Source: Phoronis australis
Taxonomy: Eukaryota > Animalia > Phoronida
Direction: 5' to 3'
NCBI GenBank assembly: GCA_002633005.1
Contig: NMRA01000056.1
Coordinates: forward strand, 961,521-1,025,520
DNA: 64,000 nucleotides
Of this stretch, positions 13,963-44,319 are shown one piece after another. Numbering within the stretch: the stretch's first letter is position 1; every line of letters begins with the position of its first letter. Below the pieces are notes generated by a model that was given only the letters and a program-made list of their open reading frames with translations, searched no databases and was not told the origin of the DNA. The translations under genes were made by a program, and so were the position numbers.

Positions 13963-14769
13963 GTGGACGCATTATGCCGTCATCTCCGTCCGTCCGGCGT
14001 CCATCTGGCGTCCGCTGCCCTATCTAAAAAACGCCTTGACGTATGTTCATGAAATTTTGCACATGTGTTTCTTCCATGAATGGGACGGCATGAGCGAACT
14101 TTCGGACGGATCCGATTACCGGTGTGCCCCCTAGTGGCAATTTTAGTTTTTTTACCAGTCTGTATCTTCAAAGGTCCTCAATAGATTTTCATAAAATTTT
14201 GAATATTGGCATCTATTGATGAGATGACGCTATCATCCTGTTTTTGGATGGAATCGAGTTATTTTACACCACCTGGTAGCCATTTTTGCTGTTTTCAAAT
14301 CTTGTTTTTGGCGTGCATCCCTCGATCAATCAAATCATTCTAGGGATGGTTTTGAACATTGGCGTATATGTTTTCAATGTGAAGAGGACGTTTGATGATG
14401 GTGACTGGCTACTGTGGCACCTCCTAGTGGTAGTTTTGTTTTGTTTTTCGCCCATTGCTATATATCCAAAACCCACTGCAGGATCTTTATTAAATTTAGT
14501 AAGTGAATTCATATGAAGATAAAAGACGACAACTTTCAGGCGGATCGAACGGACACTGAAGCCACAAGTGGCAATTTCATTTTGTTCCATTTTCCTTTAT
14601 TTCTCAGAAGTTCCTTGATTATGAAATATGGCAAGTTCCCGTATTTGGATGGATTGTACATTTTTGCGCCATCTAGTGGCCATTTCTATAATACAAATAA
14701 ATAACTCTAAAAGCACACCATTTGCGATGCATTCGTGGGCGCATTTCAACGCTCCGCATTGCTCTTGTT
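13963..14769 (+). mobile_element. Helentron/DINE-1-like non-autonomous element with about 140-bp internal repeats
   Basis: (CCGT)-like microsatellite near the 5' end and repeated ttcatgaaattttg...ctagtggc units. The 3' end gtgggcgcatttcaacgctccgcattgctcttgtt is shared (reverse complement) with 59277. Confidence 0.5.
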
Positions 14770-14836
14770 TGTAAATCCAGAAATCTTAATCATATCAATC
14801 AATTTCTAAACTAATTGTTTCAACAGGCATAATAAG

Positions 14837-16773
14837 ATGAAAAGGAAAGTACCTCGATTTCGCATTAAAACCATATTCAAAAAACATCAGAGTCAAGCCC
14901 GACTTAAAGCCAAAACGGATTTATTGGTAAGTGACCAGTAAAATGCATAACTGTAAAAAATCTCCAGGTTGATTCTAAATCTGTAGCACCAAAATTTGTA
15001 CAAGAACTGAATTTTTGTCAGTTCAGAAGATGGAGACACGAGCGATTTTGGCGTTCAGCATGTTCTTCAAATATGGGACAAGCTGCATTTTGTACCAACA
15101 GCCTGAAAATACACTTGTCATTTCATAAAATTGTTGAAAATATGTGTCTTGAATGTAGGACAGTCAGTATTGCATATTTCTAAACTTTGGTACGCACACA
15201 GACCTTGAGCGTTAAATTCTGTGAGGCTTCAATTGTCCATTGTCGAATGTCTGTGCACATGAAGATGTGGAAAAAACATCTTATCTCGTTGTCTTGCTAG
15301 GTTTTTCTTGACTACATCCTGTTCCTGAAGCGACTTGCCCAGGCAGCTGATAGTGAGGCTGAGAAGGAGAGGTCGAGGGTCCTCACACCTGCCCACGTGA
15401 CTGCAGTAAGCAAGGCAAGTATTGCATTAGCACACAACTTTCTGAAACAATACGCTGGACAAGTGAAATTTATCAATTTCATTTTTTCGCAATAGATATA
15501 TTTATCATTTTTAAGTTGTATACCATACTAGCTACAATTAGACAATGCTGTGAGATATTGTGGGCATGTTATGAGCTTTTGAAAAGTGGGAAATGACCAA
15601 TTTTAAGGATGTTTGTCTGACATCGGTGAGATTTCACAGTATTGCTTATTCTTTCATGGCATTCATGGGGAATTACTAAACCACGATTTGTACCTAGGTT
15701 CCACTAATGCTTAATGTCCACGGTTTTGATGTTAAATGATTGTGATAAATTCAAACACAGTTAAAATTGCTGTACTCTTTCTCAAGCTATCTCAGGTTCC
15801 AAATTTTAGATTCGTGTTCAAACAGTCAAACACTTACCGTTTTGTTTTCGATTTGTGTTCCAAACTATACTTGCCGGTCATGTCTGTCACTGTGTTGCAT
15901 TCTAGTTTCTTTCTTAAGTTTAAATTTCCATGTAATAAGAAGTAATTAATCCATTTAACACTGAAACTTGAATCTCATTGTCCAATGTCGATCAGGTGAG
16001 TCACTGTTGGTTGCTTAAGTGTAGGTCAGTACCTTCTACTTAGTGTTTCATAGACAACATCCAGCTTATCATAAAACAATTTACGTATAACTACACAAAG
16101 ATGTTCCAAAAGTGTTGTACGATGAAAAAACAAAACTGTGATTGGATTTGCAGCAAATGTTTGAAGTTTTGGTGAACTCGTGGGAGGTTTTCCTATCCGT
16201 ATGGTCCTGTGTTCACATGGTGAACTTCAGTTGCAGACCTTCAGCCACTTCCGGCTTCAACTAGAGCAAAGGCTCAAGCCAAAACATTTTGTTGGTTTAC
16301 ATTATACACACAAGCTTCATCTTGCATTCTGACACAAAAACAAAGATGCTCAAAACTTTTAAACATTACTACAGGCAGCTGATTCTCTCACATAGCGTGA
16401 GGGTTTGAAAAAACTATAAGGCTTGGAATTGTGGAAAAATTTTGGCACATGAATTAATTTGATTTACAATTTGCACATTATTAAACAGGATGTGCTGGTA
16501 ACTGCCTTTCAAAATCTGGCATCTTTCACTAGAAAACTACAACTATTTTGTGAAGTTAAATTTATTTAAAATCTTGACATTTTGCTGTTATTTTTTAGCA
16601 CTTTTTGTGAAAATACGGTTACACTTAACCTTGTTTTGTATTAGCCTGCATTGAAATGAATAAATTGAAAATGTATGTCTTTGTTATACATTCCCTCATT
16701 ATTTTTTGCTTGATTAGCTACTGGTGACTTTGTTTTGTATTTACAGAGTGTTTTACAGTCCTGCCGTGGTTAA
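14837..16773 (+). CDS. CENPW: Centromere protein W homolog (histone fold, 76 aa, 3 coding exons)
   Basis: Exons 14837-14926 (MKRKVPRFRIKTIFKKHQSQARLKAKTDLL|gtaagt), 15301-15414 (VFLDYILFLKRLAQAADSEAEKERSRVLTPAHVTAVSK|gcaagt) and 16747-16773 (SVLQSCRG*). Collinear with recalled vertebrate CENP-W (KRKAPR..LKR.FK....LRL....DLL VHL...LF..RLA......HV.AAAK VILKKSRG). An acceptor at 14826 implies an upstream 5'UTR exon. AATAAA at 17022. Confidence 0.85.
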
Positions 16774-18100
16774 AAAAGGGAATTCAGGTATGATACGAGT
16801 AGTTCTTCGCATACTTAATACACATTATGGCAAACAAGTGAAATTTTATTTTTTTCAAATAAGTCCCCAGAAACAAGGAGTTGGGAATTTTTTATTAGCC
16901 CATAACAAATCAACTCGCAAAACTTCAGGTATTTTTATAAAAAATGGATGTCGTATTAGCTTTGTTACATTACGCAAAAACCATCCCTTTATAACTTCTA
17001 ACAGCGTTTTTGAGATTGATGAATAAATATTAAGTTTCGAAAATTTCAGTGAAATCTAACTAGCCGTTTTCGAGAACTCTTGTTCTTAAGTTCAAATTAA
17101 GTTGATTTACCCAAGCCAAGAAAAAGCCGGTTATGTGGCGAAATATGTAAATCTCAAGGACTGCAGATGATTATTTGGTGGAAACTTGTTTTGGTCAATA
17201 TAACCTATACACCTCTTAGCCATCTTCATTATTTCAACATTTACACGCAATGTTATCTGAATTTGCAGTGCGTAATTAACTTAATTATCACAAAAACATT
17301 TAATTCAAACCAAGTCGATCTCTAATGACTAGACTCCAACTGGGACACGGGAGGAGCCAGCATATTAAGTAGGACAAGCTGGTGCATTGTGGTCCACTTT
17401 AAAGTAGGTCAACAGTTCATTGTTTGACACACCATGCGCTGGGAGACTAATATGAAAACCAAGTACGAAATGGATACAAAAAACGGGTTGGTGGTTAAAG
17501 CACGTCATGAGCATGAGACCGGAACAGCGAATGTCAAATTATCCGAATTAAGGAATTTGGGTGAGCATTTATCTCTTTTCACAACTTACTGTGTTTGTGA
17601 ACACAAAGTCACAGAGGTGTGAGGTGATTCATAGCATTCGTTCTCAACGATCCTATAGACACACAACTCTCTCAGTATCAAAGCTACGCTCTGTTTTTGT
17701 TTTCTCCGGCATCTTTCTATCATATGTACACGTCGTTGACACAATATTGTGGCGACACGGTGAATGTAAGGACTGAGGGTACATACAAAGCTGCTGTGTG
17801 GGGAGATTTGATTTGAGTGACAGTGCTGTAACCTTTGACCTCAGATAAGTAGTAAACAAATTTCCACGTGGTTGTGCAGTTCCACGGCGGTTCTTCTATA
17901 TCTTTTTTCTCGCTGCACGGTAAATATTTCGTATTTGAAGTTCCCCGAGAATGAAGATCAGGTATTTTGCTAGACGTATGAGAAAAGTTGTAAAAATTGC
18001 CAATTTTTGTGAATAAGGTTTGAGATTTCCTGAATTGGTATCATATGACTTATGAGCCCAAGAGTCTGGAGATTTGTTGCATAAAAAGTCCATGTGTTCT

Positions 18101-18141
18101 TGTATTGTATTGTATTGTATTGTATTGTATTGTATTGTATT
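18101..18141. repeat. (TGTAT)n microsatellite
   Basis: About 8 pentamer copies. Confidence 0.9.
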
Positions 18142-18871
18142 CTGCTCTACATCCATGTCACTACAAAAGTAATAAATGTATACTTTCCTGATAACCGGCT
18201 TGTGCTAAATAAACTGAATATACAGTCTCCCTAGTTGACAGCTGTTCAAAATTAACTGAGTAACCAAGCATTGCCAACTACCGTGTGTGAATTTAAAGAA
18301 ATGCAGCCTGAGGTTGCCAACATGATCCTATGAACAGTAATTAAGTTACTTCATGCTATTCCAATATAAGAGTACTCCACCTCATCATTGGTGAAGCACC
18401 TTTTAAGCATATGACTCTGAGTGACATGACATGTCACCCCTTTCACCACATGTAAACAGTATGAAGTGTGTATTAATGGATGAATGAAGTGTTGACTATA
18501 CAATGTTCAGACCTTAATAACACAGTTAGAATGGTGTTTTCTACTAGAATTAATGACAGGGCTTTGCGATGACTTTTTGCGTTGCGTAAAATTGACTGCG
18601 CTAATTAGGTGTGGCAAGAATTCCACCAAGTAGCCTCAAACGAAATAAGTGAGGTGCAACGTATTTATTATTTTTCAAAATAATTTTTGGTGTGTATAAT
18701 GAGGTGAGTGTGCTACTTAAGTAAGTGAAGAATTGCCAAAATGAAATGTTTTTCATGGTCTCATTCTTTATATTGTACAAAAATCTAATTTTGGAGTAAT
18801 TTTTCTTCTATTCAAGCATGCTGTGACTTGGGTGCTAAACATAAAAAATGTTAAATCTGTTTTTCAGGCCA

Positions 18872-19369
18872 ATGGACCACCGTTTAAGTATTTCACGCGT
18901 TGCCAACTGCCCGAAGAACAATCGCTTGTTTCGTCATATTGCTCGTGAGTCATGTGGGGAAACATTTCAGTTTTCTGACACTGACCGTGTGTTTTTTGGC
19001 TACGCCAAGACACGACAGACAAACAAGGAACTTGTGTGTGCTGGTTCCTTCTGCCAGGCCAGCAAAGACAATGATTGTCACATGATCAATTTTCTGTTTG
19101 TAAAGAGTGGGTTCAAGGGTTTTGGATTCGGCACAAAACTGCTGAATTTCTTGATCAAGGACATGGAGAGTCTGAGCAAAACGTCAACTATATGTGTGCA
19201 GAGTGCGTGGAAAGCAGTTAGTTTCTTCGAAGCGAATGGTTTCATTGTTGTCGGGCCTCCTGTGGAGTGTTTGGCAGGTGGTTCGCCACTTTTTCGTAAA
19301 CTTTACCCAATGGAGCGTCGCTTTCCGGACAGGGAACCAGTCTGGGATTTTGTTGACACTCGCTTGTGA
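18872..19369 (+). CDS. GNAT-family N-acetyltransferase (165 aa, uninterrupted CDS)
   Basis: Acetyl-CoA-binding motif A LFVKSGFKGFGFGTKLL and motif B AVSFFEANGF. A splice acceptor ttttcag at 18861-18867 sits just before ATG 18872, so the ORF-track start at 18848 is probably intronic. Confidence 0.8.
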   Translation: MDHRLSISRVANCPKNNRLFRHIARESCGETFQFSDTDRVFFGYAKTRQTNKELVCAGSFCQASKDNDCHMINFLFVKSGFKGFGFGTKLLNFLIKDMESLSKTSTICVQSAWKAVSFFEANGFIVVGPPVECLAGGSPLFRKLYPMERRFPDREPVWDFVDTRL

Positions 19370-19450
19370 GCATTACCATGTTCCATGTTGTGGGTGACTT
19401 GTTTCACTTGGTGGTGCTTATGAAGAATAATCATCTTTTTAACATCAGGA

Positions 19451-19857
19451 CCCGGGGTTTAATCTCTACTCAAACTCGAAACTATTTTTGATATTTTCCG
19501 CTCAATTTATGTGCGAACTCAATATAAGTGTATAATATTCTGTGCTCGAGTACATGATAGTTTATGCAAATGAGTTTCTAGTCCAAGTTTGCATTTGATG
19601 ACCTCGAGATTCGAGCAAGAAACTCAAGTAAAACTTGAGATTTCAAGTAAAAGCTTGAAATTTCAAGTCCAAACTGGAACTTTTAGCCTTAATGATGAGG
19701 TCATTAAGTGCAAACTAGGATTAGACAGTTTTCCTTGTAAGTCATAACATTCTTGATCATAGAATAATAGATACTCAGCTTGAGTTCACACAAAAATATA
19801 AAAGAAACTGTCAAAAATAATTTGAATTTGATCTCTAGTAAAAAGATTAGAACCTGG
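19451..19857. mobile_element. Palindromic MITE just downstream of the GNAT stop
   Basis: Left end ccggggtttaatctctact..caaactcgaaactatttttgata matches the reverse complement of right end tgtcaaaaataatttgaatttg...agattagaacctgg. Confidence 0.6.
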
Positions 19858-19955
19858 CAGTGCCACCTAGTGAGATAACTGTCTGCTTCCGTTACTCAAG
19901 ATGGTGGGTTCGAGTTCCACTGGGACACACTGCTAGACCCTTGGGTCAGGTCTCT
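19856..19955 (+). mobile_element. tRNA-derived SINE (same family as 9085-9201)
   Basis: ggcagtgccacctagtg...gggttcgagttccactgggacacactgctagacc. Confidence 0.55.
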
Positions 19956-21069
19956 GTTATATTTGTCATCATTATAGGCTCTTGGATGTTTGAAGTCGAG
20001 TGGTTGCTCTTGAACGACACCTTTCGAACTACTTATAGACATGGCTTTGAGTTAAGCATGCACATCACATGCATGCTCGCTTGTTGGAGGATTAGGTACA
20101 GTTAACAACCCCATCTATTGCGCTCTGTGGGGACTGAACAATAAAGTGCAGATTATTCTTTAGATAGCCGGTAAATAGTGAAAACAGCTCTTCGTAATAA
20201 ATTTACATCACCAGTTCATGAATATTGCGGGGTTGTTCTGATACAGAAGTGTGCAGATTATTCATGAAGTTTGTTTTTATTCCCGTATCTCGGCTTCTAG
20301 TGGTCAGCTGGTGCTAGGCTGATGTCAACATCCAGTTCTAATGGAAGTAAGATTTTAATTGCAATAATTTGAAGAGTTGTTTTTGTATCAAGGGCTAACT
20401 CACAGTATGAATACTGACCCTGGGGTGGGCTTCGTGAAAACGCTGCTGGTCTTACAAATTAACAGATTAATACTATAATAATTAGCAGCATTTTAAATGT
20501 CCTCCAAAATTGAATGCAGGTATCTCTGGAAGAAAAATGAGCTAAACTTATGTTGAATATTTTGAGAATGGGGTTACAGCAACACTTTAACAATCTAGTT
20601 GATGTCTTTCGTAAAATATAGTTGAAACCTCCTGTACTGTCCCATCGACTTTCATGGGAAACGCACGTGAATTGGTATGTTTACTCTACCCAATTACTTA
20701 TTTAGAATCATAGACAAAACTAACTGTGGACTCGTGAATTGTCTAGGGTTGAGTTCTGTAGACCGCAAGACATTAGCTGCGTTCGCCACGAAAAATCACC
20801 ACTTATGGAACGGTGACAATAAATTTAATCCCATAATGCAACACTTCAACCTCACCGACTGGACCAATCACTACAGTGGCCAATCACTTCAGTGGCCGCC
20901 ATTTTGCCAAAATAGGCTAGTAAGCTTCCTTGTCTGCTTGCCAAACACTTGCCTTTCACTGGCAGGAGTTTGCAAACTCTTGTTTTTCTCGCAAGAAACT
21001 AAACCTTCAGAATGTTCTCCTGCTTTGTGGCTAATGAGAGTGGGATGAGCACGTGTGTGATAGAAATTA

Positions 21070-21285
21070 AAAGGATACCAAACTGGTTTTGCTCTGTTAA
21101 CAGATACTAAAAATGATGTTCCCATCTAGTACTCTGAAACAGAATAATGCTCTGTAACCTTCGACAATCCTCAAAATATTTCTAGGAAAAATTGAAAATG
21201 TCCTTAGAAAGTCTGCTAAACAGGCAAGCGTGACCTACGCGTTAGGCGAGTTACATGGCAACTGAAGGGAAAGACCACCCAACAA
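21070..21285. repeat. Old dispersed repeat; inverted copy at about 53655-53860
   Basis: Shared blocks aaggataccaaac, gtaacct.cg.caa.cctcaaa, ggcaagcgtgaccta and gggaaagaccacc occur in reverse complement. Confidence 0.55.
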
Positions 21286-22207
21286 ATGCCATTATATCCT
21301 ATCTGTGACAGAGAAAGTATGAGTTTTTAGTTGAATCCTGCTTTTATCACTCACGTTGGACGCCAATGGTGCATAACGAAGTGGCAGAATGAGGATTGGT
21401 TGCAATCGCCCAAACGGGGCTTAGTATCGGCTGAGTATCAGTGTTTGAACATATGATTCAGTATCTTCAAAGGGCACCTTTTTGAATATTATTGGTGATG
21501 GGTTTTAAAGTTATTAGCAAAACTGTTACTCTATTAAATGAAAAGGGAACATTGTATGAGTAATAAATATTTATTAAGAAGTTTAAAGCACCTGGTAATG
21601 GCAAAAGTTTATAATAAACATGAAAGACAAATCTGTTCCACAGTGGTAGGTCCCTTGTTCACCACACAATCTTAAACGACCTGTGACCCCGGGTCGCCAT
21701 TCAAAAAGAGCATGAAAACACCGCATTTGTCCGGGATAACACCATGCAGATGAATATAGTACTGCCTGGCTTCATTCTTAGGCATTCTCTCTAGATTGTG
21801 ACAAAGTTGTAAAACCAGTGCATCATCCAAAACTATCTATTGTGTAACAGTCACAAATCTTGACTGCTCCTGAAAAGTTAAAGCCGCTGTTGAGCCGCGC
21901 ACCGTCCAAGAGAGAAACTCTTTGATTACGACAACTTCCCAATCTAAAACAGTTTCACTGCAGTGTTGCCTACTCAGTGACTTTGAGAAGCAGTTTCTGG
22001 ACTTTGACAGAGTTGGCAGTTCCGTGCCATGACTTGGCTCCTTGAACCTATATTGTGAACCAGTGCGTAACTGCAAATTCGTTCTAAGCCTGAATATCAA
22101 CTTTTGAGTACGGAACAAGTTAATACAAATTTGTGTTTGTTAGCGGTCAATTCTGGCAATTATGTGGTCTGGAATTAACGACCTACTGTACTATCAATAC
22201 AAGTAAA

Positions 22208-40635
<18,428 letters not shown>

Positions 40636-40953
40636 GGCTTTACCCCACACAAACAAAGTACTTTGTAAAACAAACGTCGGCTGCTCACTTAGCTCTCTAC
40701 GGGCATTTTTTACCATCTGCAAAACACATAGTTTTAAATTCTGAGAAAAATAATCTACCAGTCAATACTTCAACTATACACCAATTGTCATTGAAATCTG
40801 GAGACAAATTGAGAGGATGATCAGTGAGACAAATGTGTGGCTGATTCCATTAAATTACAATTAATTACAAAAGAAATGGATAGAGAGCCTAATAGATATG
40901 CGCCCACTGAGTGCATCGCAAACAAAGGGATGTATACGTATACATATACATAA

Positions 40954-41112
40954 CAGTGGCGGATTTGGAGGGGGCCAAGGGGACCATGCCCCCCCTAAAA
41001 TTTTCCCAGACTCCATTTGGCAGTTCGGGGGTGCGAATGTTCGACGGGCAAAATCCTGGCTAATACTTGCTTTGCCCCCTCCCCCCAACTCAACATCCTG
41101 GATCCGCCTCTG
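40954..41112 (-). mobile_element. About 160-bp MITE, same family as 35900-36063
   Basis: CAGTGGCGGATTT ... GGATCCGCCTCTG terminal inverted repeats. Confidence 0.65.
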
Positions 41113-42829
41113 TATAAGGGATGCAGCACTATGCGAATTGGTCGAAACTTTGAAGAGTGTTGTCTAACAGGCGATCTGGTACACGTTGCACCTTAGACGT
41201 GCGCAGGTGGGCCCATTGCGCTGATCACCTGGAACCTGCTTTATTGATATAAAGCAAAACTGAACTGAGGAGCTAGAGACCTGACTCAAAAGTGTCTAGC
41301 AGTGTGCCCCAGTGTTGTCTAGCTCACAAGACTAATAAACAATCATAAGTTTCGTAATGGTCTCCGTTCAAAATTGCCTCTTAGGGGGGGGGGGCAGTGC
41401 AGTGGTCGATACCGTCTTATTTGACATGAGGCACATGTGCTCTCAAGTCCCTAAATTAGACCGGCAGCCCAGAGCACTTAGCATAGATGAACGAGGTACC
41501 AACATCTGACCACGGGAGCATTTAGAGTCCACCTCAGTATGTACAGAAATGGACGTCTGCCGTTGTCTGCACTCTGGGTGTGACCCCCGGGGGTCTTACA
41601 AAGGGCCCTGAGGTAGACTAGATATTCGAGGTACCGGCCAAAACTGATTTAAAACGAACAATAGTACCGCACTGAACACCGAATGACCCATGACAGACAA
41701 ATTGCACTCTGGAATGGGTCCGGCAGAAACCAAAAAAGGACCCCCTAAAAATGATCTAGCACGTACATTCGAGGTACCACACAAAACCAATTCCATATGA
41801 TTCAATACATGTCACAGATCACTAAAACCCCTATGAAAGACAAAATATACCCTGGGTTGTGCCCGGCAGAAACCCCCAAAAATCTCAACCACGGTATGCC
41901 ATCAAAATTTGAACTAGATTAGATTTTCGAGGTACCGGCCAAAACTGATTTTAAACGAACAATAGTACCGCACTGAACATTGAATGACCCATGACAGACC
42001 AAACTGCACTCTGTAATGGGTCCGGCAGAAACCAAAAAGACCCCCTAAAAATGAGCTAGCACATACATTCGAGGTACCACAAAAAACAATTACATGAGAT
42101 TCAATACATGTCACAGGTCACTAAATGCCCTATGACCGGCAGACAAAATACGCTGTGGATTGTACCTGGAAGAAACCCTTGAAAATCTCAACCACGGACA
42201 GTTAGATTTTCAAGGTATCGGCTAAAACTGATTTAAAACCAACAATCATGCTGCACTAGTGAACACCCAATGACCCGTGAAAGACGAATTTTACTCTGGA
42301 AATAGTCGGCCAGAAACCCAGAAAGGACCTTAAAAATGGAGCTACAATTGTCCATGCAGCTTTCCGCTGCTAGTTCAAGTACTCGGGTGGGAAATTCAAA
42401 CAACTGGACGACAAGATGTTAAAAATTGCACCACGGAAATCGAAGTACACATATTCTAAATTGGTGACAAAAGTGCTGTATTTAATAAGTTAACTGCAAA
42501 AAGCGGGACCGCAGGAAACAAAAACTAGTTATAGAAAATTTTCGTTCACTAAAACCTGTGTTTACTCTCATGATCACTACAAGCGAAAAGCAGACGGGCG
42601 TCAAGATGCAAGACAGTTAACTCGCCTTGTGGTAAGTTTTTGAAGAAATTTTTACATGATGTCGAAATTCTGTGTAGTGTATAGTGTTTCCAATGTTTTA
42701 GTTTCGCGGAGTCATTTGTCGATAGCCGATATAATGTCTTCCGTGATAATATACAAATCACCCCTAATTTGGTGCGCAGCCACGCGGTGGAGTCCCAATG
42801 CTATTTCAATAAATATATAAACAACGACG

Positions 42830-43620
42830 TGTTTCGGTAACAAGGGGTCTCGCTGCAGCATTGCCTGATCTGCATGCAATGACAGGGTGTGACGTCACAG
42901 CAGCACTAGTGTATAGGAAAGGGAAAGTGAGGCGTCTGGAAATCCTGATGAGAGACTCATCTGGGACACTTATCAGCTTCTTCTCAGAGTTAATAAGTGT
43001 AGATGTCCTAGACGGACGAAAGTTAGAATACATATGCCTCCTATTTAATGAAGGGAGGAGTCAAAGATGTCAATAAAGCAAGATATCTGAAATTAATAGA
43101 GTTGACTGGAAAAATAAACAAGGTAATAACTGTAATAGATAAAATATAGTTCATAAAAGCAACGAAAATAATTTCAAATGTTTTCATAGTGTTGAACCAA
43201 AACGCCCAGTTTCACGTCATACTTAAAAACAGTAAATGGTGATGAGATTGTTTTATGTTTTTGTTCGTCAGCTTTTAGAGAATTGGTCCCTCCTCAATAA
43301 AATTTTCTCATTATTTATTTCAGGAAAAGCCGATGTCCAACGTCAAGAAGATTGACTGCGCATTGCTTCCTCCTTGCCGAAAGACACTATTGAACGAGCT
43401 CATTATGTTGCCTTGCTCTGGGGCCAAGTGGATTCGGTTTGGATCCTCTTACCTACGGTTGGAAGGTATAAGATGGATACTACACTCCCAAATGGTTTTG
43501 TGGATCTGTCGTTCCTGATGTCCTTTTTGAAGGTGCTGATCTTTTACAAGAAAACCAAGCCGATCAAGAGGTAGAGGAAATGGGTTATGACGAAACAAGC
43601 GAGCCCGAATCAAGCTGGAG
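42830..43620 (+). pseudogene. Frameshifted XPG/FEN1-like nuclease domain remnant of an Academ transposase (includes an intron)
   Basis: Motifs LHAMTGCDVTAA..RKGK (H3TH-like), LLPPCRKTL, RAHYVALLW and DPLTYGWK are spread over several frames. Putative intron about 43122-43323. Confidence 0.7.
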
Positions 43621-44319
43621 TAGCAGTGACGAATCTGATATTGAAACGTATTAAAAACTAACAAGAAACTACTGTTGACATTAAACATATAGTATGTAGC
43701 TTGATGTTCTTGTCGATACAGTGATTTTAATTATCTGTTACTATGCTGTTTGAAAGTGTTGCTCTATTTCATGTAGTTTATTTTGATTAAAGAAGGTTTT
43801 TAAAAACACGTCTGTTACTTTTCTTTCAACGTATTGTTTAGTAGTCAATGGGATGAAAGGGCTCCTTGGAAATAATTTTCGTGGTTCCATGTGTTGTCTC
43901 TGACGAATCCTTTCTGCTGGCAATTTCGATAGCGTGTTATATTTTAAACAATCTGCGTTCTTAAACTTCACTAAGTGAGTTGGTTTTAAACAGTACCTGG
44001 TATCCCAAAGTTTTACTGTTATCAGGTACTTTCCAAAATTCTTACTGTCCGCCATCATTCATTTGACAACCAGTGTGAGAGCTCAGTATACGCAAAAGTA
44101 TAAACTCGGTATCTAATATGTCATATATCTTCAAAATTATTCACCGGTAGTTGAGATTTCTTGGGCTGGCGAGCACAACCCACATTGGGTTTTAACTGTT
44201 ATAGCGTATTTGGTAACCAGTAACATCTATTTGAATCACATGGAATTGTTTATTGTGGTACCCCGAATGAGCACAATTTGTTGTCTGTCATGGGTCATCT
44301 GATGGATTATTGGTTTTAA

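Noticed and set aside
40636-40722. Upstream in-frame extension of Src A (MVKNARR...)
   Set aside because: It would bury the MGNICKK myristoylation signal. The downstream ATG at 40635 (gccATGG) has the stronger context, although a minor isoform is not excluded.
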